A stretch of DNA of 64,000 nucleotides from a virus: positions 1 through 64,000 of IMG/VR virus record IMGVR_UViG_3300045988_125846, one strand, 5' to 3'. Both the position numbers and the translations under genes were made by a program. This document shows, piece by piece, positions 53,607 to 61,757 of the stretch (within the stretch, counting starts at the first letter, position 1; each line of letters begins with the position of its first letter). A model generated the notes under the pieces. It ran no database searches, was not told the origin of the DNA, and saw nothing but the letters and a program-made list of their open reading frames with translations.

Positions 53607-53611
53607 ATGAT

Positions 53612-53761
53612 TTACTCATCCTCCTTCAACACAAGAATTGCTTTATAATATTTACTATTGCATGAACTGGATTCTACTTTGTATCCATCATCCAAATAAT
53701 CATTCATAGCATTCTCAAAATCATTGCTATTTTCCATTTCTAAAATTACACATTTCTTCAT
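53612..53761 (-). CDS. hypothetical protein (49 aa)
   Basis: Hand-found ORF MKKCVILEMENSNDFENAMNDYLDDGYKVESSSCNSKYYKAILVLKEDE with SD AAAGGAGAA upstream. Confidence 0.4.
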   Translation of the reverse strand: MKKCVILEMENSNDFENAMNDYLDDGYKVESSSCNSKYYKAILVLKEDE

Positions 53762-53766
53762 ATGAT

Positions 53767-53946
53767 TTATTCTCCTTTGCTATATCCAGTCTCTTTAAGG
53801 AACTTATTAAATTCCTCTTTTGTCATATTGTTTGGATAATACATATCCATCACCATATCAAACGGCTTTAAATAATTATCTAACACATCTTCGGCATCTT
53901 CCCTTGCTTCTTGCATTTTCATATTGATATAATCTTCTCGTGTCAT
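53767..53946 (-). CDS. hypothetical protein (59 aa from ATG; frame open to 54027)
   Basis: Hand-found ORF MTREDYINMKMQEAREDAEDVLDNYLKPFDMVMDMYYPNNMTKEEFNKFLKETGYSKGE. The frame stays open upstream (IAGFVSKQPNGLYCRFSSVTDCPTAWN) to an ATA at 54027, 6 nt after GGAG. Confidence 0.4.
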   Translation of the reverse strand: MTREDYINMKMQEAREDAEDVLDNYLKPFDMVMDMYYPNNMTKEEFNKFLKETGYSKGE

Positions 53947-54028
53947 ATTCCATGCAGTAGGACAATCCGTGACAGAAGAAAATCTACAATATAATCCATT
54001 TGGTTGCTTTGATACAAATCCTGCTATA

Positions 54029-54565
54029 TTATTCTCCTAACTGTTCTAAGAACTCATTGCCACAATCACAAAATTCTCTAATCATAGACTTCATTAATCC
54101 CCATGACATACCAGAATGTCCCTGATTTTTCATAATTTCAATTCCATCTTGGATAGATTTTTCTTTAACAGTTTTGATAATATCTAAGCACTGACCAAGT
54201 TCCATTCCTCTGTATAGATCATTAAGTCGAATAGGAACACATTTATCCCACATATTCCATTTCTCTTTAGATAAAACCTTATGACCTTCTTCTATCCAAT
54301 ATTTTGATAATTCAGGAATTTTTCTTTTATGTTCTTCCTCTTCACGAATTAATCTTTGACGACTTTCTTCTTGCTCTTTATTAAATTCGTCAAAAGTTTT
54401 ACCTATACAAAGCATATAAGCATCATCTAAAGACATATCAGATGTTAGTTTATTCCCATTGAATTCACCACAATATTTATTGCCATCCTGTGCTCTTTCG
54501 TGCAATTCCTTTACAGCTCGTTCAATAGTCCAACCGCAAAGAAAATCAATCTTTCTGTATTCCAT
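54029..54565 (-). CDS. hypothetical protein
   Basis: Track ORF, 178 aa. SD AGGAGGTAAATAAT upstream. Confidence 0.5.
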   Translation of the reverse strand: MEYRKIDFLCGWTIERAVKELHERAQDGNKYCGEFNGNKLTSDMSLDDAYMLCIGKTFDEFNKEQEESRQRLIREEEEHKRKIPELSKYWIEEGHKVLSKEKWNMWDKCVPIRLNDLYRGMELGQCLDIIKTVKEKSIQDGIEIMKNQGHSGMSWGLMKSMIREFCDCGNEFLEQLGE

Positions 54566-54586
54566 ATTATTTACCTCCTGCTATAT

Positions 54587-54596
54587 TATTCTCTAT
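54587..54596 (-). promoter_or_regulatory. gene-boundary motif ATAGAGAATA
   Basis: Plus strand tattctctat. Contains the TAG stop of the 50-aa ORF. Confidence 0.4.
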
Positions 54597-54745
54597 TGTT
54601 TCTGCCACCAATGTTTCTTTTTATTTTCTTTATAAACATTACAAACATTTGGATAATTACAACTTTTGGTTTCTTCATTGTAATATTCGCAAAAATATCC
54701 ATCTTCACAACCAATATCGCATTCCATTTCAGTATATATTCTCAT
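54593..54745 (-). CDS. Cys-rich small protein (50 aa)
   Basis: Hand-found ORF MRIYTEMECDIGCEDGYFCEYYNEETKSCNYPNVCNVYKENKKKHWWQKQ with SD TAGGAGGG upstream. First gene after the 54.8-kb operator pair. Confidence 0.4.
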   Translation of the reverse strand: MRIYTEMECDIGCEDGYFCEYYNEETKSCNYPNVCNVYKENKKKHWWQKQ

Positions 54746-54761
54746 AAAACCCTCCTAAATT

Positions 54762-54785
54762 CCTCAAGAAATCTATGTTTCTTGG
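54762..54785 (-). repeat. intergenic IR element
   Basis: Plus strand: cctcaagaaatctatgtttcttgg. Confidence 0.55.
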
Positions 54786-54795
54786 TAAAAATATT

Positions 54796-54838
54796 ACTAT
54801 ATATAGTGTCTATATTTTCTATAAACACTATATATAGT
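54796..54838 (-). promoter_or_regulatory. bipartite palindromic operator / promoter region (copy 3)
   Basis: Perfect ACTATATATAGT at 54796-54807 and 54827-54838, starts 31 nt apart. Lies directly after the nadE stop. Confidence 0.65.
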
Positions 54839-54845
54839 ATTTCAT

Positions 54846-55586
54846 TTACGCCTGATACATAAAACTTGGCATTGGCTGTAATTTAAACAGATTTTTCTCA
54901 TGCATTGAATCAATCTTAGCTTTTACTTCCTCACTTGGCTCAATTCCATCTCTGATGTATGCATCTAATTCAGCATAAGTAAATCCAAGGTTATCTTCAT
55001 CTGTCTTTCCACAAAGACCGTCAGTAGGTGTCTTATCAACTAATTCTGATGGAAGTCCTAACTCACGACCAATAGCCTTAACCTCTGTTACTGTAAGCTG
55101 AGATAACGGTGCAAACGAACCAAATCCGTCACCTCCGAAGGTCGCATAACCAACCCAATCCTCGGAAAGATTACAATTACAACTTGGTATACCGTTATTA
55201 CACTGAGCATAGAAATACAATTCTGTCATTCTAACTCTTGCAGGAACATTTACTTTAGCCTGTTCTGTAACAACTACTCCATTTGATTCCATTTCAGAAA
55301 TAATAGAATCAACGGTTGAACCGATATTAATAATTTTGTATTCAATCCCAAGATGATTTGCACATAAAATACTACAGTCAATATCTGACTGTTCATACTG
55401 TGGTAGCATAATACCTTTCACTCTATCAGCTCCTAGAGCAGAGACACATAAGGCTGCGACAACAGACGAGTCTTTACCGCCAGATAAAGCAACACAACAG
55501 TTCTTATCTGGGAATTTTTCTTCAAACAAATTTTTAATCCATTCGATACAATCATTTGTTACTTTCTTAACATCAAAATTATACAT
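54846..55586 (-). CDS. nadE: NH3-dependent NAD+ synthetase
   Basis: PP-loop ALSGGKDSSVVAAL, NVPARVRM, YATFGGDG, TPTDGL...DEDNLGFTY. Confidence 0.85.
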   Translation of the reverse strand: MYNFDVKKVTNDCIEWIKNLFEEKFPDKNCCVALSGGKDSSVVAALCVSALGADRVKGIMLPQYEQSDIDCSILCANHLGIEYKIINIGSTVDSIISEMESNGVVVTEQAKVNVPARVRMTELYFYAQCNNGIPSCNCNLSEDWVGYATFGGDGFGSFAPLSQLTVTEVKAIGRELGLPSELVDKTPTDGLCGKTDEDNLGFTYAELDAYIRDGIEPSEEVKAKIDSMHEKNLFKLQPMPSFMYQA

Positions 55587-55608
55587 AGGTTCTCCTTCAT
55601 TTATAGGT

Positions 55609-56412
55609 TTAATCAGTTATTTCCACTTTATAGTTATACAATGCCCTATATACAACTATAGGAAAATTATCATATTTGTTTTTATAATAGTCTGCAATTT
55701 CTTTTATATAGTTTTCTTTCTCTTTTTTATATGCACAAAATGCTTCTTCTGGTGTGTTAAATACACCGATATGTACTTGTTGTTTTGTATTTTTCGTATT
55801 ATTATTTAATTTTGAAACTTGTGCAATAAATTTTCCAAGTCTTTTATTAAAAGATACTCCTATTGGGTATTCCCCTCTTTTTGCGTCAGTTTTCGTGAAA
55901 AGAATATTAATACGTTCAGGAACGAAGATACATGTATCTTTTGAATATACTGTATTATTTTTATATAATATGTCTTTATCCAAACACATTTTCTCTTCTC
56001 CACATTCGTAAAAATTATCATTAAACCACTTTGAAAAGTTCGACAAATAAAACCACTCATCATCTACTTCGCATTTTTTGTAAGTCGGATATCGTGATAA
56101 ATCTATTTTATTATAACAACGCTTTAACATACCAACCCAGTATAAATATTCTTTTGTAAATGAATCATCTTGTTTTATTATTTCATTTCCTACTATACCG
56201 TGATTAAATACAGTAGGTAAAAATGTATCAAATGTAGTACCTTTAATAAAATTGCTATATGCCTGATGATATACAATGTTGTTCGTATCTAAGAATTGAA
56301 TATCAATATCTGTAGCATTTTTATATTTAATTATTTTCATTCTTTCGCCCTGTTTATTAACTACTATTTCCCAAAGTCTTTCCTTTGCTTGTGATTCAGA
56401 TATTTTAAACAT
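55609..56412 (-). mobile_element. putative free-standing homing endonuclease (HNH-like core + AP2-type DNA-binding domain)
   Basis: WVGMLKRCYN...YPTYKKCEVDDEW...LDKDILYKNNTVYSKDTCIFVPERIN block, plus IGVSFNKRLGKFIAQV...VHIGVFNTPEEAFCAYKKEKENYI (AP2-like). Interrupts the NAD operon. Confidence 0.6.
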
Positions 56413-56460
56413 AGGGTTATCTGTTTTTAAATGTGTTTCTTTTATTATATATTCTCCTTC

Positions 56461-57087
56461 CTACATTCGATTCATCACATCATAAAACCGAATTAAATAC
56501 TCATATACATTTCTAGGAACTAACTCTTTTACTTTTTCAAATTCACCTTTCTCACATAAATCTCTAACCAAACTTGAAGAAGTATGATTTTCTGGTATCT
56601 GAATTTCTGTGAAATGTTCTTTGTATTCCATAAGATTTGCTTCTCTCAAAGCATTCTCAAGGTTCTGACCTTCTCTCACACATGCTACAAAATTATATTC
56701 CTCAACAAACGGTTTCCAATTATACCAAGTTGTAAGTGTTTCAATATTATCCATTCCTAAACAAATATAGTATTCGTTGAAGATATAATCTTTTTCATTC
56801 ATATCTCTTATCTGAGTAATAGTATTGTATGTCCTCTGTGGAAAGAAGCTGGTTGTTTCAACTTCGGATGCCCACATATTATTTTCATCACAATTTGGCA
56901 TTGAATTAATCAGCGATACTCGACAATATCCAGGTATTAAAGTCTTTTTCTTCGCAACATATGTATCATGTGCAGGAATAAACAATATAGCATCGGCATT
57001 AACCGCTTTTTTAGCAGTCAATGCCATATCAACATGAGCGTTTGTAATCGGATTAAAACTTCCTGGTATAAGTAAAATTTTATTCAT
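56461..57087 (-). CDS. nadD: nicotinate/nicotinamide mononucleotide adenylyltransferase
   Basis: ILLIPGSFNPITNAHVDM (GxFxPxHxxH) and C-terminal SSSLVRD (ISSTxxR-like). Confidence 0.8.
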   Translation of the reverse strand: MNKILLIPGSFNPITNAHVDMALTAKKAVNADAILFIPAHDTYVAKKKTLIPGYCRVSLINSMPNCDENNMWASEVETTSFFPQRTYNTITQIRDMNEKDYIFNEYYICLGMDNIETLTTWYNWKPFVEEYNFVACVREGQNLENALREANLMEYKEHFTEIQIPENHTSSSLVRDLCEKGEFEKVKELVPRNVYEYLIRFYDVMNRM

Positions 57088-58288
57088 GATCCATTCTCCA
57101 ATTAATACATCTCTTTAGATAATCAACATAATCAGGGTTTTTACACATGCCTTTTCCTTCTACGTCAGAAACTTTTGCAACATCCATACCGTTACATTTA
57201 GTAGTTTTCATTACAATATTTAAAGCAGGAACATCTGTATCATTACTCAAATAAGTACCAATTCCAAATGCAACATTTACTCTATCATGGAAGTGTCTGA
57301 ATAACTTATCAGCTCTTTCAAAATCAAGACTGTCACTAAACAGAAGTGTCTTTGTCTTAGGATTTATACCAAGTGACTCATAATGATTAATCATCTTTTC
57401 ACCCCATTCAATCGGATCGCCACTATCATGTCTTACACCACTGAATAATGTTGCATATGTCAACTGAAAATCTTTCAAGAAACAATCAGTTGTAATTGTA
57501 TCTGTGAGCGCAATACCATTTAACACACCATACTCTCTAACCCATGCGTCTAGGGCATACCAGTTTGAATATGCTGGATTGTGCTTGTGATTGCCCTGAC
57601 CAGAACACATAATCCATTCATGAGCCATAGTTCCAACAGGCGTGAGATTATATTTCTTTGCGAGATATACATTAGATGTACCAACAAATTTAGATGGACT
57701 GTGTAATGTATCATTCAAATGTGAAAACTTCTTAACAGCTAACTCCTGTGCTTCAGCAGAAAGTCTTCTTCTAAGACCAAATTCAGAAAATGTACCAGCA
57801 TACCAATGACCGCTTCTGAGATTTTCATACTTTTCATCTAATCTCTTTTTGAAACTATTAAGCAATTCTTCATAGTTATATGCCATTCTGAAATATACTT
57901 CGTTTACAATCGCAAGTGTAGGAATCTCATACATAGATGTATTAAGCCATGTACCAAATGTTTCGATAGAAAGACCGCAATCTGAATCTGTTGTAATCTC
58001 AAAATCCTCATATCTTGGCTGCCACAATCTCAGAAAATCAACATACGAACCCTTCATCCATTTGATATTATCAATATAAGTAAGTTCATCTTCTGTGAAT
58101 CTCAAACCACAATATAATTTAATCTGTCTGCGAATCTCTTCTACCATTTCTGGTGTAAAATGAACATCCTTATTACGACACTTAAAACTCCAAGTGGTTT
58201 TATAATCACTAAACTGATGATAAATAGCCTGTCCCATTGACAATTTGTAGGCATCTGTCTCAAATAAACTTGTAATAATCTGCTCCAT
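57080..58288 (-). CDS. pncB: nicotinate phosphoribosyltransferase
   Basis: MEQIITSLFETDAYKLSMGQ..., GTFSEFGLRRR, GTSNVYLAKKYNLTPVGTMAHEW. ATG at 58288 with SD AGAAGG (the track extension to 58381 overlaps the upstream gene). Confidence 0.85.
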   Translation of the reverse strand: MEQIITSLFETDAYKLSMGQAIYHQFSDYKTTWSFKCRNKDVHFTPEMVEEIRRQIKLYCGLRFTEDELTYIDNIKWMKGSYVDFLRLWQPRYEDFEITTDSDCGLSIETFGTWLNTSMYEIPTLAIVNEVYFRMAYNYEELLNSFKKRLDEKYENLRSGHWYAGTFSEFGLRRRLSAEAQELAVKKFSHLNDTLHSPSKFVGTSNVYLAKKYNLTPVGTMAHEWIMCSGQGNHKHNPAYSNWYALDAWVREYGVLNGIALTDTITTDCFLKDFQLTYATLFSGVRHDSGDPIEWGEKMINHYESLGINPKTKTLLFSDSLDFERADKLFRHFHDRVNVAFGIGTYLSNDTDVPALNIVMKTTKCNGMDVAKVSDVEGKGMCKNPDYVDYLKRCINWRMDHE

Positions 58289-58289
58289 A

Positions 58290-58844
58290 TTATTTACCTT
58301 CTTTCTTGATTTGATTAAATATTGTTCTAATATCATATTCTCTGTTTTCGTACTCATAAAACAGATTAATATACTTATCAATAAAAGCTATATCATTTGG
58401 ATGCATTGCAATTGGTTTACTTTTCTTAGATTTCCACCATTTTAATTCCTTCTCAAAATTAAATGATTTACCATGATATGCTCTACCTGCTCCAAGATAA
58501 TCACAAAGCATTTCTTTTTTATACTTCATTGGCATTTCAATAGGATTTCCACCATTATCAAAATTGTCTTCCCAATACTCGTAGTGGTGCTTGTTTCTTC
58601 CTTTATGGTGCATCCAAGCAGCCGACCAACCATTCTCTTTCTTACAAGCGTCTATTGGACTTGAAGTACCTTGATAATACTTAACACTCTCCCAAAATTC
58701 CGTTGGAGAAAATTTAGATAAATCATGTACTAACCCTTGAAATGGAATTCCCACTTTACAGCAATAGTAGAACACCCAACGTTTATGAGTACAGACTTTC
58801 TTAAAATGTCTAAAAGTATTAATGATATAATTCTTATACTTCAT
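58290..58844 (-). CDS. HD-motif protein of unknown function (DUF5662-like, from memory)
   Basis: FRHFKKVCTHKRW...GLVHDLSKF...WMHHKGRNKHHYEYW (H...HD...H-rich). ATG at 58844 lies 6 nt after GGAG and inside the pncA 3' end. Its stop is 1 nt from the pncB ATG. Confidence 0.55.
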   Translation of the reverse strand: MKYKNYIINTFRHFKKVCTHKRWVFYYCCKVGIPFQGLVHDLSKFSPTEFWESVKYYQGTSSPIDACKKENGWSAAWMHHKGRNKHHYEYWEDNFDNGGNPIEMPMKYKKEMLCDYLGAGRAYHGKSFNFEKELKWWKSKKSKPIAMHPNDIAFIDKYINLFYEYENREYDIRTIFNQIKKEGK

Positions 58845-59358
58845 TATTTTCTCCAATCACTTCAATCTGACAACTTTTCATAACTTCCATAGCAGCTTTA
58901 TGTTTATCAGGTGTGACACCTGCACAGCAACTAGCATCTACTGTAATATCAATCTCAGGATAATTTGCTCTAATAATAAGTGCATTTGAAATTACGCAGA
59001 TACTTGTGCATAATCCGCAGATTTCAACACTTTTAAATTTAAAATCATCCCAATGTGCCCATCCAAAAGTAATTTTGTCAATCAGAATGTCATTATCAAT
59101 ATCAAGATCTAACTTATCTGAAATCTGCCAACCAACAGTATTCTTTACACAGTGAGTAACAGGAAGATGTACACCTTCATATGTCTCTAAATAATTCTCA
59201 GAGTGTGTGTCTCTTGTAAAGATTACCTGTTTACCAGCATCCTTGTACTCCTTAATTTTCTTTGCTACATTTGATACAATCGCCTGTGCTTCCTTTGTAC
59301 CAAGCGTTCCATCAATAAAATCATTCTGCATATCTACAACAATTAATGTTTCTCTCAT
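58834..59358 (-). CDS. pncA: nicotinamidase / isochorismatase-family hydrolase
   Basis: LIVVDMQNDFIDGTLG, FTRDTH, ICGLCTSICVISNAL (Asp-Lys-Cys type). Confidence 0.8.
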   Translation of the reverse strand: MRETLIVVDMQNDFIDGTLGTKEAQAIVSNVAKKIKEYKDAGKQVIFTRDTHSENYLETYEGVHLPVTHCVKNTVGWQISDKLDLDIDNDILIDKITFGWAHWDDFKFKSVEICGLCTSICVISNALIIRANYPEIDITVDASCCAGVTPDKHKAAMEVMKSCQIEVIGENNEV

Positions 59359-59392
59359 TTTGTTACCTCTTTTCTTTGTTCTTATATGTATT

Positions 59393-59402
59393 TATTCTCT
59401 GA
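59393..59402 (-). promoter_or_regulatory. gene-boundary motif TCAGAGAATA
   Basis: Plus strand tattctctga, upstream of pncA. Confidence 0.4.
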
Positions 59403-59407
59403 AAACT

Positions 59408-59431
59408 CAGAAGAAAAAAAAATATTTCTTG
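59408..59431 (-). repeat. intergenic IR element
   Basis: Plus strand: cagaagaaaaaaaaatatttcttg. Confidence 0.4.
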
Positions 59432-59487
59432 TTACTTTTATTTGGAAAATTTGGCTGAATCGCCAAGATAGAAATTTCTATATATGA

Positions 59488-59787
59488 TTATTCTTCGTCT
59501 TGAAATGATTTAATTCGATTTTCTAAATAATCAATCTCATCATTCCAATGATCTATTAGCATATCTTCGATCTGATGCTTTGCATCTTCTATACTGTCTG
59601 CAAACAATGTTTCATATTCAACATTTAGTTCTTTTGATACATATATAAATACGTTTTCGTCTACCTCATCTTGTACAAAACCAGCTATTACATTTTCATC
59701 ATCTTCTTCATAAAATTGACTAAAATGTAATTTATAACATTCCTTACCAAATTCATTCTTTTCACCTGTTTCCCAATATTTCTTCAC
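59488..59787 (-). CDS. hypothetical acidic protein
   Basis: Track ORF, 99 aa. GTG start with SD GCGAGG. Confidence 0.5.
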   Translation of the reverse strand: MKKYWETGEKNEFGKECYKLHFSQFYEEDDENVIAGFVQDEVDENVFIYVSKELNVEYETLFADSIEDAKHQIEDMLIDHWNDEIDYLENRIKSFQDEE

Positions 59788-59846
59788 TTTATTACCTCGC
59801 TTAATTTGGCTGATCAGCCGTGAATAGAATTGTTTCTATATTAGAT

Positions 59847-59856
59847 TATTCTCTAC
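59847..59856 (-). promoter_or_regulatory. gene-boundary motif GTAGAGAATA
   Basis: Plus strand tattctctac, directly after the stop at 59857. Confidence 0.4.
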
Positions 59857-60093
59857 TTATTTGATTTCAGAACAAAGTCCTATAATGTCTTCTTGGCTTA
59901 TATATCCTATACAACCTGTGCTACCTAATTTTTTATCAAACTTATCTGATTCAAACCAAATTTTATATCTAATTCCGTCTGTTTCATCTACGAGTTCTAT
60001 ACCACGAATGAAAGCATCTACTTCTTTTCTATTATCATTTTCATAATGAATTTTTGTCCTTACTTTATCGCATAAATTATATTTATTTACCAT
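59857..60093 (-). CDS. hypothetical protein
   Basis: Track ORF, 78 aa. Confidence 0.45.
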   Translation of the reverse strand: MVNKYNLCDKVRTKIHYENDNRKEVDAFIRGIELVDETDGIRYKIWFESDKFDKKLGSTGCIGYISQEDIIGLCSEIK

Positions 60094-60103
60094 TCATCTT
60101 ACC

Positions 60104-60355
60104 TCACTCTATAATTTCAACTTTAATTCTAAATTTTGTTGTTTCTGTATGTTCATTTTCTTGATAAGGACGATTATAATCAAAATGCTGATGACGGACA
60201 GTTGCAATCAAATGAGTGTCATTACCAGAAATAAATTCCGTATCTGTCTCATAAGTATCTTCTGAACCATCACCAAGTTTAGAATCTGCACAATATATCT
60301 GATTTGCGTCTAATGCATCTTGAATAATTCTGTAAATGTCTCCTGTATTATACAT
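60104..60355 (-). CDS. hypothetical protein
   Basis: ATG at 60355 lies 5 nt after AAAGGAG (track start 60385). Confidence 0.45.
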   Translation of the reverse strand: MYNTGDIYRIIQDALDANQIYCADSKLGDGSEDTYETDTEFISGNDTHLIATVRHQHFDYNRPYQENEHTETTKFRIKVEIIE

Positions 60356-60365
60356 AGTCACTCCT

Positions 60366-61757
60366 TTAATATTTAATCCAACCATCTGTAATACCAGTCA
60401 TCCAATAAATAAGATCTTCTCTATCATTTTTTAATCTTCCATCTATTACACGAGTTAAGATTTCATTGAGCCAGTAGCCAACTTCTTTTCCACTTTTAAT
60501 GAGCATTGTATCCATTACATCCTTACCATTAACTGCTAAATCCTTTAGAGAAAAACATTCATCATCCTGTAAGACTTCTTCTAAAATATATCCAATGTTA
60601 TCAATCTTCTGTAATCTTGTTTCCTGATTAATGTCTGCTTGTGCTTTAATATCAGCTCTACGAACATTTAATAACCTTCTGAACTGTTCTTCTCCAATTT
60701 TATTAAGCCATCTCTTGACATATTTCTTTCCAACCTCAAAAGTAGCATCATGATAATAAACAAGCTGTACAACCTTTTCTCTTGTATCATTATCAAAACG
60801 AAGTCTTTTCATAATTGTATCAGTCATATCAGCACTGACTTTTCCATGTCCTTTGAAATGTCTGATACCATCTTCTCCATCCTGATAACAATGTGGTTTT
60901 CCTATGTCATGAAAGAATACCGCTAATGATGTAATTAAATCTATTGGATTTAAGTCTTCTTCACAATCACAAGAATATGCTTCTACAGCATGAATTGTAT
61001 GTTCCCATACATCATAGATGTGATATGGATTATTCTGTGGAAAATCAAACATATCTTTTATTTCAGGAATAAACAATGATAATACATCGCTATATAAAAC
61101 CATCTGTACACAGAAATCACTTGATGCAGCGATTTTACAGAACTCACTATTTATCCTTTCAACTGATATATTCTTCAAATTCTGATACACCTTATGTAAA
61201 ACATAATCTGTATTTGGTTCAAGAACAAAATCCAACTGAGAAGCAAATCTGATAGCTCGTAAAATTCTCAAAGCATCTTCATCGAATCTATCTTCTGGTT
61301 TACCAACACACTGAATTTTGTGATACTTTATATCTTCCATGCCATTAAACGGATCTACAAGACCAACTTCATCATTGTATGCCATCGCATTGATTGTAAA
61401 ATCTCTACGCTTTAAATCTTCTTCAAGACTTTTTGTAAAAGTTACTTTATCTGGTCTACGGCTATCAGAATAATTACCATCAATTCTGTATGTTGTTACT
61501 TCATATGGTTCTCCATCAATGACAATCGTTATTGTTCCATGCTGTAAGCCAGTTTCAATAATTCTTTTATCCTTGAATACTTCCATCATCTCATCAGGTG
61601 TAGCAGATGTTGTAATGTCATAATCGTGAATTGGTCTTTCCAGAATGCTATCACGAACACAGCCACCAACTAAATATGCTTCGTATCCTTTATCTTGGAG
61701 TATATGAATAATCTCATTTGCACCAGATGGGATTTTAATTTTTAATTTAGATTTCAC
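60366..61757 (-). CDS. cca: CCA-adding enzyme (tRNA nucleotidyltransferase, class II, with HD domain)
   Basis: YLVGGCVRDSIL...DYDITT, GTITIV, RRDFTINAMA, ALRILRAIRFASQL, HD domain FFHDIGKP. Confidence 0.85.
   Translation of the reverse strand: MKSKLKIKIPSGANEIIHILQDKGYEAYLVGGCVRDSILERPIHDYDITTSATPDEMMEVFKDKRIIETGLQHGTITIVIDGEPYEVTTYRIDGNYSDSRRPDKVTFTKSLEEDLKRRDFTINAMAYNDEVGLVDPFNGMEDIKYHKIQCVGKPEDRFDEDALRILRAIRFASQLDFVLEPNTDYVLHKVYQNLKNISVERINSEFCKIAASSDFCVQMVLYSDVLSLFIPEIKDMFDFPQNNPYHIYDVWEHTIHAVEAYSCDCEEDLNPIDLITSLAVFFHDIGKPHCYQDGEDGIRHFKGHGKVSADMTDTIMKRLRFDNDTREKVVQLVYYHDATFEVGKKYVKRWLNKIGEEQFRRLLNVRRADIKAQADINQETRLQKIDNIGYILEEVLQDDECFSLKDLAVNGKDVMDTMLIKSGKEVGYWLNEILTRVIDGRLKNDREDLIYWMTGITDGWIKY

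Noticed and set aside
80-59458. All other plus-strand track ORFs, such as 80-439, 1545-1883, 1786-2208, 6488-6826, 12304-12666, 13762-14115, 17458-17862, 21942-22277, 40627-40983, 48726-49133, 50030-50449 and 54500-54862.
   Set aside because: Each lies entirely antisense to a supported minus-strand gene. Each has a hydrophobic, low-complexity composition and lacks ribosome-binding sites.
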